IMG/VR virus record: IMGVR_UViG_3300020460_000012
Direction: 5' to 3' (one strand)
DNA from: a virus
Lineage: Duplodnaviria > Caudoviricetes
Length of the DNA stretch: 64,000 nt
The translations under genes and the position numbers were made by a program. This document shows, one piece after another, positions 27,991 through 36,695 of the stretch; the stretch's first letter is position 1, and each line of letters starts with the position of its first letter. The notes below the pieces were generated by a model. It saw nothing but the letters and a program-made list of their open reading frames with translations, did not search any database and was not told where the DNA came from.

Positions 27991-28953
27991 CTAAAATAGC
28001 ATACTAAAAAGTATGCTTCTATTTTTACTTATCAGTTCGTCTCTAGTACCTTGTGCGTTAACGAAAAATACTCCGGACTTACCGTGCGATTGTGTCTGCA
28101 TATATAACATATTACCGTCTGCAGGTTGCGTTGGTACAGATACTGCTTGCCTTACATGCAAAGTATCATCGACTTGCACTACACCAGTACCTGGAGAACT
28201 TATTACTAAGTCAGTGTTACTTACTGTAGTTTCAAGGATAGAACCTACAATCCTAACTTCAGGAAGTTCTAATCTATCTTCAAACAGTCTTGTATTAATA
28301 TTGCCATCAATTGAAAAGTTTACAACACTAGGTTGGCCAGTTACGTCTGTATCTGCAATAGCTATAGCAGTTTGTGTTCCTACATTACCTTGACCAATTG
28401 TTGAAATATTAACAGTACCAAATGCATTAGTAATTGCATCATCTACATATTTTTTATTTGTAAGGTCGTCGTCATCTGTAACTTGTAATTCATAATTATT
28501 TGTACCTGTTACACTTACTGTACCTGTACCAGAATTAATTAAGTATAAATCTCCGCCGCCTGTATTAATATTATTTGTTCTTATACCTATTAGTGCATTA
28601 TTTGCATCTTTAAATACAAATCCGCCTGTCTTAGTGGTATCAGTTACAGGATCAGACCATGTTATATTTTCATTAAATGTAAACAACACATTAGTAAATG
28701 TGCCACGATCCATTTCTAAACCAGAATCATCAAGAGTTATTCCTGCTCCTGTTTCTCCTTTGTTTAACGTAATAATATTATCTTTAACATCTAAGTTTTG
28801 AGACGTGACAGTAGTAGAAGATCCTTGCACAGTTAAATTTCCTGTGACAATTACTTCTCCTACCTGATTACCTGTATCAAGAGTTATAGTCCCACTGTCT
28901 TGGACAGCAAGACTATAATTTCCTGTTGGTATACTTACATATTTCCCGGCCAT
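27991..28953 (-). CDS. Virion structural protein, 320 aa
   Basis: GNLTVQGSSTTVTSQNLDVKDNIITLNKGETGAG motif common in large-phage tail proteins. Confidence 0.6.
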   Translation of the reverse strand: MAGKYVSIPTGNYSLAVQDSGTITLDTGNQVGEVIVTGNLTVQGSSTTVTSQNLDVKDNIITLNKGETGAGITLDDSGLEMDRGTFTNVLFTFNENITWSDPVTDTTKTGGFVFKDANNALIGIRTNNINTGGGDLYLINSGTGTVSVTGTNNYELQVTDDDDLTNKKYVDDAITNAFGTVNISTIGQGNVGTQTAIAIADTDVTGQPSVVNFSIDGNINTRLFEDRLELPEVRIVGSILETTVSNTDLVISSPGTGVVQVDDTLHVRQAVSVPTQPADGNMLYMQTQSHGKSGVFFVNAQGTRDELISKNRSILFSMLF

Positions 28954-28977
28954 TAATAATAATCCCTATTATTAATA

Positions 28978-29427
28978 CTATGCGTCTTCAGTGAAATCTG
29001 TATCGTCAGTACCTGCCTTAGTATCATCATCACCAGCTTCTTCAACTTGAACAGCACCGTCTGCTCCTGCAACCGTAAAGTTCCAAGAAATACTAGTACC
29101 GTCTAGTGCGTTTGAACCAGTAGCAGATGGTTGCTTTACAGTAACTTTTCTGCCTGCGATTTTTGATACACCATATGTTTCATCGTCATCACCTTTAACA
29201 GAAATAGTCATTTCTGTACCAGTTAATGCGGCTGGTAATTTACCAGTTACAAGTGTGCGATCATAGCTACCGCCGTCTTCTGTTGCACGTACTCTAAACT
29301 TCTTGCTACCAAGTTGTTTTACAATATGCCCTTCAACGACTGCTGATCCATCATGAAAGTTAACTTTTATTTCATTTCCGGAAGCTGTTGGCGTTCCAAA
29401 AAATCTTTTGTTTAGTGGTCTTCCCAT
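28978..29427 (-). CDS. Conserved-looking hypothetical (virion) protein, 149 aa
   Basis: MGRPLNKRFFG start; strong AAGGAG RBS; own late promoter (TAAATA 29515-29520) and structured leader. Confidence 0.6.
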   Translation of the reverse strand: MGRPLNKRFFGTPTASGNEIKVNFHDGSAVVEGHIVKQLGSKKFRVRATEDGGSYDRTLVTGKLPAALTGTEMTISVKGDDDETYGVSKIAGRKVTVKQPSATGSNALDGTSISWNFTVAGADGAVQVEEAGDDDTKAGTDDTDFTEDA

Positions 29428-29439
29428 TTGTTTTCTCCT

Positions 29440-29512
29440 TAATAAGTTGACGTTCTAGGTCTACGGGGTTGGATCCCCATAAGTCCTCATCTAGAGGCTC
29501 TCCTCTTGACAT
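29440..29512 (-). promoter_or_regulatory. Structured 5' leader of gene 28978..29427
   Basis: Hairpins GAGG-AGAG-CCTC (29494-29505) and ATGGGG-ATCCAA-CCCCGT (29463-29480), the latter enclosed by TCTAG/CTAGA; located between the late promoter and the RBS. Confidence 0.5.
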
Positions 29513-29531
29513 AGTATTTATCATTAGATAC

Positions 29532-29564
29532 AAAAGAAAAAGGCCCGCTTGAGGCGAGCCTTTT
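29532..29564 (-). terminator. Rho-independent terminator ending the stand-alone ncRNA
   Basis: Minus strand AAAAGGCTCGC-CTCAA-GCGGGCC-TTTTTCTTTT. Confidence 0.85.
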
Positions 29565-29788
29565 AAGATAAGCAAAGTAGGGAGGACTCGGTTATACCTC
29601 CAACCCCTCGACCGAGATGCCATTCTCAAATCCAGGGAACCTATTTCCGCTCGGTAGAGCGATGTGACTCAGCGTATTTCTACTACCAAGCCTGGGTACC
29701 ACCCCTAAACAGTCAAGTTCGACGCTCTGGTAAACGCCTCTTCCTTGCACTACAAACATTGACTAGCTAAGTCTTTGTTGCTTATGTT
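29565..29788 (-). ncRNA. Candidate stand-alone structured ncRNA (~230-250 nt), family not recognised
   Basis: Own sigma70-type promoter and terminator; terminal stem ATAAGCAA/TTGCTTAT (29778-29785 with 29568-29575); several internal hairpins with G-U wobbles on the minus strand; no credible ORF. Confidence 0.7.
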
Positions 29789-29791
29789 ACT

Positions 29792-29819
29792 AATATAACA
29801 TCTTTATAATAAATGTCAA
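29792..29819 (-). promoter_or_regulatory. sigma70-type promoter of the ncRNA
   Basis: TTGACA (29814-29819), 16 nt spacer ending in TG-T, then TATATT (29792-29797). Confidence 0.65.
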
Positions 29820-29840
29820 CCTCTTTTTTAAAAAAAAGTC

Positions 29841-29872
29841 AAAAAAATAGGTCCTATAAAAGGACCTATTTT
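29841..29872 (-). terminator. Rho-independent terminator after the major capsid gene
   Basis: AAAATAGGTCCT-TTTAT-AGGACCTATTTTTTT on the minus strand, about 25 nt after the gp23 stop. Confidence 0.85.
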
Positions 29873-29897
29873 AATCTCGTATATTACGACAGTAATA

Positions 29898-31073
29898 TTA
29901 GCTAAAGCTAACGTTACCAGAAGTAATAGCTACTGCGCCGAGGTAATCAGCCGCGTTACCAAGAGACGAAGCAGTATTTGATAATTCAATATACCCGTAT
30001 CTTGTCATAAAGCTAACTGTTGGCTCAAATGTGGACGGATCCAACACAACGCCTGAGCTCATTAGCGGAATATATGGGCAATAGAATGCTGCCGCATCAG
30101 ACTCGCTTGCGCCTTTATAACCAACAAGTACGTTAGCATTGTCAGCCGCATATGTGTTTACATATACTTTCATAGCGTTGTTTAAAGTACCAACCATCTT
30201 AGTGTTAGTTGGAGCTTCGAATGAACCTTCAGTTGTTCTTGCGAACGCTGAAGTAGTTGCACTTTGTAGAATTGTAAGTGCAAATGGACTTACAACAGCC
30301 CAGTTACCTGCGCCTCTACGTGTACGCTGAGCGATTTGGTTTGACACTCTGTTGATTTGAACAGCTAATGCCGCATGCTCATCACCAACGAAAGTAGCAG
30401 TACCAGATACCGCCGCTTGGTCATATGTTTGACCAGCTGAACCTGCAAGAGTATTCAAGCTAGCAATAACCTCTTGGTCAATTTCAGCGGTAATTTCTTG
30501 TGCAAGAGCAGCCATAATTTCTGCTTCTACATCAATACCGTGCATTGACTGAGCGTCTTGAGCCGCTTCAAAAGTCCAGCGAGCTGATAGCTTTCTGGTT
30601 TTTGCTTCGACTGTTTGCTTCAAGATTTGGATTGATAGCTTGCTTCCACCAGCGCCTTCAAGCGTTGATGTATTATCAGCTTTGCCTGTTGTAGCATTAC
30701 CGGAATAAGCTTCCGCAATCTTGAATGGTGAAAGTGCTTCTTCACCTGCTGTAGCACCGGACGCACCTGAGCCTACAGTTTCTGCGTATCTTACACGCAA
30801 TGTGTGGATTTGACCCACTGGACCAGTCATCGGTTGAACACCAACAAGTTCGTTAGCAATAACGGTTGGCATTACACGTCTGATGACGGGTAAGATAACT
30901 CTGTTAAGAGTTGCGACATTACCGGCGGATGTTGTACCTGCAACAGCTGTCTCAGACAAATACTTGCGAGTATTTTCTAAGGTAGCACCCATTACAGCTT
31001 TCTTATTGCCTTGTAGGCCTTCCAAAAGTGCAGTTTTGGTATCCTGCCAGCGACTTTCTAATAGTTCTGACAT
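29898..31073 (-). CDS. gp23: Major capsid protein (T4 gp23-like)
   Basis: LPVIRRVMPTVIANELVGVQPMTGPVGQIHTLR, KTRKLSARWTFEAAQD, AEITAEIDQE, AAFYCPYIPL, FMTRYG. Confidence 0.95.
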   Translation of the reverse strand: MSELLESRWQDTKTALLEGLQGNKKAVMGATLENTRKYLSETAVAGTTSAGNVATLNRVILPVIRRVMPTVIANELVGVQPMTGPVGQIHTLRVRYAETVGSGASGATAGEEALSPFKIAEAYSGNATTGKADNTSTLEGAGGSKLSIQILKQTVEAKTRKLSARWTFEAAQDAQSMHGIDVEAEIMAALAQEITAEIDQEVIASLNTLAGSAGQTYDQAAVSGTATFVGDEHAALAVQINRVSNQIAQRTRRGAGNWAVVSPFALTILQSATTSAFARTTEGSFEAPTNTKMVGTLNNAMKVYVNTYAADNANVLVGYKGASESDAAAFYCPYIPLMSSGVVLDPSTFEPTVSFMTRYGYIELSNTASSLGNAADYLGAVAITSGNVSFS

Positions 31074-31083
31074 AATTATCTCC

Positions 31084-32184
31084 TTAATTTAATCCAGCCA
31101 AACGTTTAATGTCAATAACATTGTTATTTACATCTGCTTGCTGTTGTGAACTAACGTTAGTTTCTTCTCTGTTGCCTGTGATTTCTGTGCCTTCTGTAAG
31201 TACTGCCTTCTTAGCTGGAGTATTACCGTCGATAACCGCTGGTAGATACTTATCAAACTGAGACTTTAGTCTATTAGTCTGAACTGATTCCAGTAAATCA
31301 ATCATAATTTCTTGTTGATCTTTAGCCAAAGGCTTAATCAACTCGTTAATTACTTCTTTTCTTTGCGTTGACTCAACAATCTTCTGTTTTTCAGTAGCTG
31401 TTGCTTCTGCAATTTCTTTCGCTTTCTTTGCAAACTCCTTAGCTTCTGCAAGTTGCTTATTTTTCATGTCTACAACTTTTAGAAGTTTTGCAGTTTCTGA
31501 TTTTTCGTTAAGGTAACTAGTACCATACTCAGATGCAAAGCTTTCGAAAATCTTACGACCGAAGTCGTTTTTACGTGCAGTGTCAATATCTTCTTTAAGC
31601 TGACTAATCTCTGACTTAAGAGCTTTTTCAACTGTTTCGGATACTGCTTTTGCACCTCTTTCGACAAAGTCAGCTTTGACTTTAGCGAAGTGTTTTTTAG
31701 CTTCACGTACTAAACGTACTTTTGTTTCAGCTAAATCTTTTTTGTCTTCTTGGAATTCGGATATTTCTTTAGCCAAGGCTTCTACAACAAATTCTTCTAA
31801 CTTAGCAATATTTTCTGCTTGTAGTTTTTTATCTGTATGTAGGTCTTTGATTTCAGTAGCTAATTGCTCAGCAACAAAACCTTTGAGTAAGTCTGCATTT
31901 TTACGCTGTGCTACAGCAAATTTTGCTTTTGCTTCAGCTAATTGCTTGCGATCTTCTGCAAACTCTGCAATCTCAGCTTGAAGACGCTCAGAAAGCATGT
32001 TATCAATGGCATCAACCATTGTATTTTTATCATGCTCGTACTTTTGTGCAAATTCTTCACGTAATTCAGCAGTTACCTGCATTTTATTTTCTTGAATTTT
32101 TGCATTCCATGCTTCTTCAATCTCAGCCTTAATTTCGGATGATACCACGTCATTTTCAAAAAGTGTTTTTAGTGCATCTATCAT
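31084..32184 (-). CDS. gp22: Prohead core scaffold protein (gp22-like)
   Basis: Coiled-coil, Glu/Lys-rich; position between the protease and MCP; GRKIFESFASEY and C-terminal IKRLAGL. Confidence 0.8.
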   Translation of the reverse strand: MIDALKTLFENDVVSSEIKAEIEEAWNAKIQENKMQVTAELREEFAQKYEHDKNTMVDAIDNMLSERLQAEIAEFAEDRKQLAEAKAKFAVAQRKNADLLKGFVAEQLATEIKDLHTDKKLQAENIAKLEEFVVEALAKEISEFQEDKKDLAETKVRLVREAKKHFAKVKADFVERGAKAVSETVEKALKSEISQLKEDIDTARKNDFGRKIFESFASEYGTSYLNEKSETAKLLKVVDMKNKQLAEAKEFAKKAKEIAEATATEKQKIVESTQRKEVINELIKPLAKDQQEIMIDLLESVQTNRLKSQFDKYLPAVIDGNTPAKKAVLTEGTEITGNREETNVSSQQQADVNNNVIDIKRLAGLN

Positions 32185-32198
32185 ACCATTCTCCTAGT

Positions 32199-32831
32199 TT
32201 ATTGGAGTTTACTAATCAGATTGATTAGTGATTCCTTAAGATACTTTTGTGCCTTTGGATCGTGTTTAGTTGCCTGTGCTAATTCGTATGCCTTCATTCC
32301 TCCACGTGCATTCATTAGATGCTCGTATATTGGTGTTGGATATGCACCAGGGGCGCTTGGCTGTGCCACAACGTCCACGGTGATTATTTCAAAGTCGGAA
32401 ACTTCTCCGCTTCCATCTTCCATAACATTGCCCGAACCCCTTGATGAGACTCCTAATTTTACTCCGCTTTCAAGCATTGTTTTAACTAGTTGTCCCATCG
32501 GGGTTGGTAATACTTTTAGTTTACCGTAACCATTTGCATCGTCCATCCACATTTCTGTGATCATGTGTGATACACGGTCAAGGTTGATGTTAAGTCCTTC
32601 TGGATGATCTACTTCTCCGAGAACTGAATATCCTCCAGTAATTTGATCGTTGAGAGTTTTGACAGCCCTGCCTATTTCGGATACAGGATACACTCGCTGA
32701 TTGGCATTTCTTATACCGCCTTGGATAACAATACCTTTCATATAAAGGTCTTTGCCACCACTATCGTTGTCGGCAGTTTCAATAACCATTTTAGCCTGGT
32801 CAAATGTCAAGTTCTCTCGTAAGTTAATCAT
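32199..32831 (-). CDS. gp21: Prohead protease (gp21-like)
   Basis: GIVIQGGIRNANQRVYP, LGEVDHP, RVSHMIT, TPMGQLVKTML..GVKLGVSSRGSG, DVVAQPSAPGA. Confidence 0.93.
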   Translation of the reverse strand: MINLRENLTFDQAKMVIETADNDSGGKDLYMKGIVIQGGIRNANQRVYPVSEIGRAVKTLNDQITGGYSVLGEVDHPEGLNINLDRVSHMITEMWMDDANGYGKLKVLPTPMGQLVKTMLESGVKLGVSSRGSGNVMEDGSGEVSDFEIITVDVVAQPSAPGAYPTPIYEHLMNARGGMKAYELAQATKHDPKAQKYLKESLINLISKLQ

Positions 32832-32846
32832 TCAAATTTCCTTAAC

Positions 32847-33848
32847 TTAACCGCCAACAACAGGTTTTTTGTTATCAGCGTCTTCTGGCTTGCTTTTCTT
32901 CTCTGCACCATGTCCTGGTTGTGCTTTTAATGACTTAGAAGCTTTACCACCTGGTACATTTACATTGCCGCCGTCTTGGTCTTTTGGACTTGCGTCTCCT
33001 AGACCAGCATGCTCGCCACCGCTTTCTTCAGCACCTTGTGCTATGTTACTTGCTGTGCCTCCCATGTTATTTGGGCTTGCGACTGTGCTTTTTGCATTAG
33101 CACCATTGTCTCCGCCTATTTTTTGAGCGTCTAAACCGCCGCCGGATACTTTTTCTACGTACTCACGCATTTCTTCTCCAGCAGTTTTTGGAGTTTTAGA
33201 CTCCTCAACTTCTTCATCAGTAGCTTCTTCTACTTCATCAGTAGCTTCTTCTACTTCTTCGTCTGATGCTTCTTCTACTTCATCTTCTGAAGCTTCAAAA
33301 GCTGATGCTTCTTCAGGCTCTTCATCACCTGGCTCTTCATCGCCACCTTCATCGCCTGCCATCATTTTTTCAAATTCTGCTTTAAGATCTTCAAGTGCAT
33401 CTTCTAGATCTTCAACACGATCTTCAACGTCACCTTCTGGCTCATCGTCGCCGCCTTCGTCGTCGTCGCCGCCTTCGTCGTCCATTCCAAGATCTGACAT
33501 CATATCATCTGTTGGATCTGCTTCTACAGCTACGGCTGTAGGATCAGCTTCAACTTCAAATTCGTCTAAGTCAAAGTTTTCTTCAACTTCGTCATCTTTT
33601 GCTTCGTCGACTTCTTCATCTGACGCTTCGTCTACTTCTTCATCAGAAGCTTCATCAACTTCCTCATCTGAAGCTTCATCTACAGCTTCATCAGTAGCTT
33701 CGTCAACGTCTTTATCGTCTTCTAGAAGTCCTTCGTAAATATCTCTGGATTTTTCCACTACAATCTCGTGGAATAGTTTTTCTGCCGCCTCTTTGTCTTC
33801 ATTGACAAGGAGTTCTAGCATTTGTTCAAATTTATTGCGATCTGCCAT
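32847..33848 (-). CDS. Highly acidic prohead core protein (positional analogue of gp67/gp68)
   Basis: Very Asp/Glu-rich with DEEVDEAS and DEEVEEAT repeats; head-module position; late promoter TAAATA at 33903-33908. Confidence 0.6.
   Translation of the reverse strand: MADRNKFEQMLELLVNEDKEAAEKLFHEIVVEKSRDIYEGLLEDDKDVDEATDEAVDEASDEEVDEASDEEVDEASDEEVDEAKDDEVEENFDLDEFEVEADPTAVAVEADPTDDMMSDLGMDDEGGDDDEGGDDEPEGDVEDRVEDLEDALEDLKAEFEKMMAGDEGGDEEPGDEEPEEASAFEASEDEVEEASDEEVEEATDEVEEATDEEVEESKTPKTAGEEMREYVEKVSGGGLDAQKIGGDNGANAKSTVASPNNMGGTASNIAQGAEESGGEHAGLGDASPKDQDGGNVNVPGGKASKSLKAQPGHGAEKKSKPEDADNKKPVVGG
33185..33700 (-). repeat. Coding tandem repeats (DEEVDEAS, DEEVEEAT, GGDDDE)
   Basis: Degenerate 21-24 bp units such as tcttctacttcatcagtagc and ttcatctgaagcttc within the acidic scaffold gene. 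Confidence 0.7.
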
Positions 33849-33967
33849 TTTACTCTCCTATAATGTATTATGCATACCGAATCGGTATGGGCTGTCATAA
33901 TATATTTACTTTTTTTGCAGAAAACTACGTAGATATAGGCTCAAAACGAGCCATTTTGACTAGTTTG

Positions 33968-34681
33968 TCAGATTTTAAAGGAATTTTTGAAATCCCTTAT
34001 GTGAATATTCTCCACATTTTCTAATTTTGTCAGCTCAGGAGGAGTAAAAAATGCTTCTCCTAACACTCTTATATATCTCTTTTTTGGAAAATTTTGGCAA
34101 GTAATTGTAGTTTGTTTAAGCCAATTTCCAAAATATGTTGCTTTTTCAGTGGGACTTTTGTAGTTAGGAGTACCTGCATATATGTTGTTTACAAGCTGTC
34201 CGGTGCCTTCGAAATCAAATCCTAAGATGTAGATAGTATCATATTCAGTCATATCTGAAGCAAACCATAATGCTGTTGGTCCACTACTCCATCCCTTAGA
34301 CGGTTGAAAAAAGTTAAATCCTGTCATATTAGCATATGCTCTATTAGGATTAGTCCATGTTTCTACTTTATGCTGTATACCTTCTCTATTAATTTCTAAT
34401 ATCATTTTAGTATCAACAGCTACAAGATAATCTGGAATAAAATCTCTATAAAGAGCATTACATCCGTATATTTTACCAAATGGACGCAAAGTTTCTAAAT
34501 TTATAGGAGATCTACTAGTGCCATTACCTATTACAAATGCAATTTTATTATTCGTTGGTGCATTAACAATTTGATTCTGAATATGTTCAGAATTATTAGA
34601 TAGGCTTTGTTTTTTGGCTTTGGCTAAGTTTTTCCGAGCTTTACGTTGCTCTTTGGTCTCGCCAGGAATATATTTTTTCAT
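33968..34681 (-). CDS. Maf/DUF115-like (GT-like, sialyltransferase-related fold) protein
   Basis: AFVIGNGTS..IYGCNALYRDFIPDYLVAVD, WSSGPTAL, IYILGFDF..NNIYAGT match the Maf_flag10/MptE-like pattern. Confidence 0.6.
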   Translation of the reverse strand: MKKYIPGETKEQRKARKNLAKAKKQSLSNNSEHIQNQIVNAPTNNKIAFVIGNGTSRSPINLETLRPFGKIYGCNALYRDFIPDYLVAVDTKMILEINREGIQHKVETWTNPNRAYANMTGFNFFQPSKGWSSGPTALWFASDMTEYDTIYILGFDFEGTGQLVNNIYAGTPNYKSPTEKATYFGNWLKQTTITCQNFPKKRYIRVLGEAFFTPPELTKLENVENIHIRDFKNSFKI

Positions 34682-34692
34682 TCATCTTACTT

Positions 34693-34935
34693 TTATGCAG
34701 TTTCTGCGTTAGCCGCAATACCATACATTTGCTTTACAAATTGTAACTCTTTAAGTTTTTCTTCTGTATGCAGTTCAGATGCTTTACGTATTCTATTGAT
34801 TTGAAAAAGTTTTAGTCTTGATTTACGTGTATCGTCTTTTTCAACAGGAGTGTCATCGTATTCAGCTTGGTAGCGTTTATCTTCTACTGGCTCAATAGTT
34901 TCTCTGTCAAAATAAAATAATTCACGTAGTATCAT
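34693..34935 (-). CDS. Small head-module protein, 80 aa
   Basis: MILRELF start; TATAAATA at 34941-34948; immediately after the portal. Confidence 0.55.
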   Translation of the reverse strand: MILRELFYFDRETIEPVEDKRYQAEYDDTPVEKDDTRKSRLKLFQINRIRKASELHTEEKLKELQFVKQMYGIAANAETA

Positions 34936-34943
34936 GTTAGTAT

Positions 34944-36695
34944 TTATACCGTTTGGTCTGTTGTTGCTGGAGCCGGCGCGGCATCTCCTCCAGTTGCAGT
35001 TTCGGGTGCATCACCTGCTCCTCCATCAATCGGAGCCGCTTCGTCACCTTGGACTTCGTCTTCCATGTTTCCAAGATCGTCACCTATAGTTGCTGGACTA
35101 ATACCAGCATCTCTCATTTCTGCAGAAGCTTCACCCGGAATAGGATCTAAGTTTTCTTCGTTTTCTTCTCTCCATAGTCTTTCATTCTCAGCAAGTTCTT
35201 CATCTGACATACCTAAGAAGCGTTTTAGTGCAAATCTATTAGACATATATGGTATAGCCGCCATTTGAGTATATGTAGGCACCCTTGCATTATCAATTTC
35301 TGCTTGTCTATAGCTTGCAAAGTTTTGTGGTGGTTGAAACTTTAGATCAAACATTGAAGTATCAACGTTTAATCCTTTTTCTAATAAGTATCTTTTAAAT
35401 TCTTGATCAAACTCTTCAACGAGTAAGTTTTGTAAACGTTCACAATATGTGTTAAATCTTAACTCTTGTATGTAAGCAGTTCCGACTCTACCATCGTTGT
35501 ATTGAGAAGCACTGTCGTCAGCGCCTGTGGGTAAATATGAACTCGGGATTCGTAAACCGCGTACAAGCTTATTAGTAAAATATCTAAGGTCATCTATTTC
35601 TCCTAAGTTTGTACCGCCTGGAAGTGTTTCAACTTTTGATCCTCGTCCTTCAGCTGTTTGTGGAAAAAAGTAATCTTCGTTGATTGACAAAGGATTGTAT
35701 GAACTGTCTATGACATTAGTTCCGCCCCCAGTCTGCGATGGTATACGTCTTTGATGTATTTCCGTCTTTACACGCTCTACAAATTGCATAGCAAGGTGTG
35801 ATGGCATGTTGCCCACATCAACATAAAAAACTCTTCTTTCAGGAGCACGTTGTACTCTGTAAATTATAATAGCATCTTCTAGTAATTCTTTTTGTTTATA
35901 AACTTTAAATATTGTTTCTAATAAAGAATTACCAAAAGGATAGTTATTATCTAAACCTTCACTCAAACTTAAATGCACTACATGTTTTGCATCTACAGTT
36001 ACTTCGCCGTCATCAGTAGTAAATCTACTTCCGCTCATGCTTGATTGAGGTTGTCCTACCATTCCTCTTGCGCCACCAATTCCATTATACTGTTGACTTC
36101 CACTAGTTATATTTCCAGTAGTATGATAAGGAGTAGTAGCAATACCGTCTTTAAAATTAAAGTTGATATTTTTTATTACATATTGTTCTGGAAGTTTTCC
36201 TTCACTTTCATTTACAATAATACGTGTTACATTAGCTGGATCAACATGAAACCATCTTTTTGTTTCTGGATCTCTTACAAAAAATTGATCACCATACTTA
36301 AAGCTATTACGTACTGTACGAAACATTTTTGTTTCAAAATTTTGTAGCTTACACCATTGCCTTAAATATTGTCCAATAATATTAACTTCGTTATTTGTTG
36401 CTTTATTTTTATAATCTACCATAAAAGGTGTATTATTTGCTTTATTTTTTTGTGTGCAAAATTCAGCAAGAATATCCAAAGCCGCATTTACTTCTGAGTC
36501 TTGGTCCATAGTGTTGTATTGTGCATATCTCTCAACACGATTTGGACTACCTACATATACATCAGGAAGATAGCTTGAATAATTTGATCTAGCGGGACCA
36601 GCTAGGTTTCCACTGCTACGAGCAGTAAATGGACTATAGCTCCCGTTTGAATTGTCACCTGTTGGTATAGGTGTAAAATATTTCTTCCAACTCAA
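34944..36695 (-). CDS. gp20: Portal protein (T4 gp20-like)
   Basis: LLEDAIIIYRVQRAPERRVFYVDVGNMP, EDYFFPQTAEGRGSKVETLPGG, DDLRYFTNKLVRGLRIPSS. TTG start overlaps the upstream TGA. Confidence 0.95.
   Translation of the reverse strand: MSWKKYFTPIPTGDNSNGSYSPFTARSSGNLAGPARSNYSSYLPDVYVGSPNRVERYAQYNTMDQDSEVNAALDILAEFCTQKNKANNTPFMVDYKNKATNNEVNIIGQYLRQWCKLQNFETKMFRTVRNSFKYGDQFFVRDPETKRWFHVDPANVTRIIVNESEGKLPEQYVIKNINFNFKDGIATTPYHTTGNITSGSQQYNGIGGARGMVGQPQSSMSGSRFTTDDGEVTVDAKHVVHLSLSEGLDNNYPFGNSLLETIFKVYKQKELLEDAIIIYRVQRAPERRVFYVDVGNMPSHLAMQFVERVKTEIHQRRIPSQTGGGTNVIDSSYNPLSINEDYFFPQTAEGRGSKVETLPGGTNLGEIDDLRYFTNKLVRGLRIPSSYLPTGADDSASQYNDGRVGTAYIQELRFNTYCERLQNLLVEEFDQEFKRYLLEKGLNVDTSMFDLKFQPPQNFASYRQAEIDNARVPTYTQMAAIPYMSNRFALKRFLGMSDEELAENERLWREENEENLDPIPGEASAEMRDAGISPATIGDDLGNMEDEVQGDEAAPIDGGAGDAPETATGGDAAPAPATTDQTV

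Noticed and set aside
29372-29629. 85 aa minus-strand ORF
   Set aside because: Runs through a strong terminator and the next gene's promoter and leader, and overlaps 28978..29427 out of frame; the region is better explained as structured RNA.
29565-29788. tRNA, tmRNA, SRP or RNase P identity for the ncRNA
   Set aside because: No cloverleaf, T-loop hairpin or CCA end, no tmRNA acceptor ends, and no SRP or RNase P conserved boxes found on the transcribed strand by eye.
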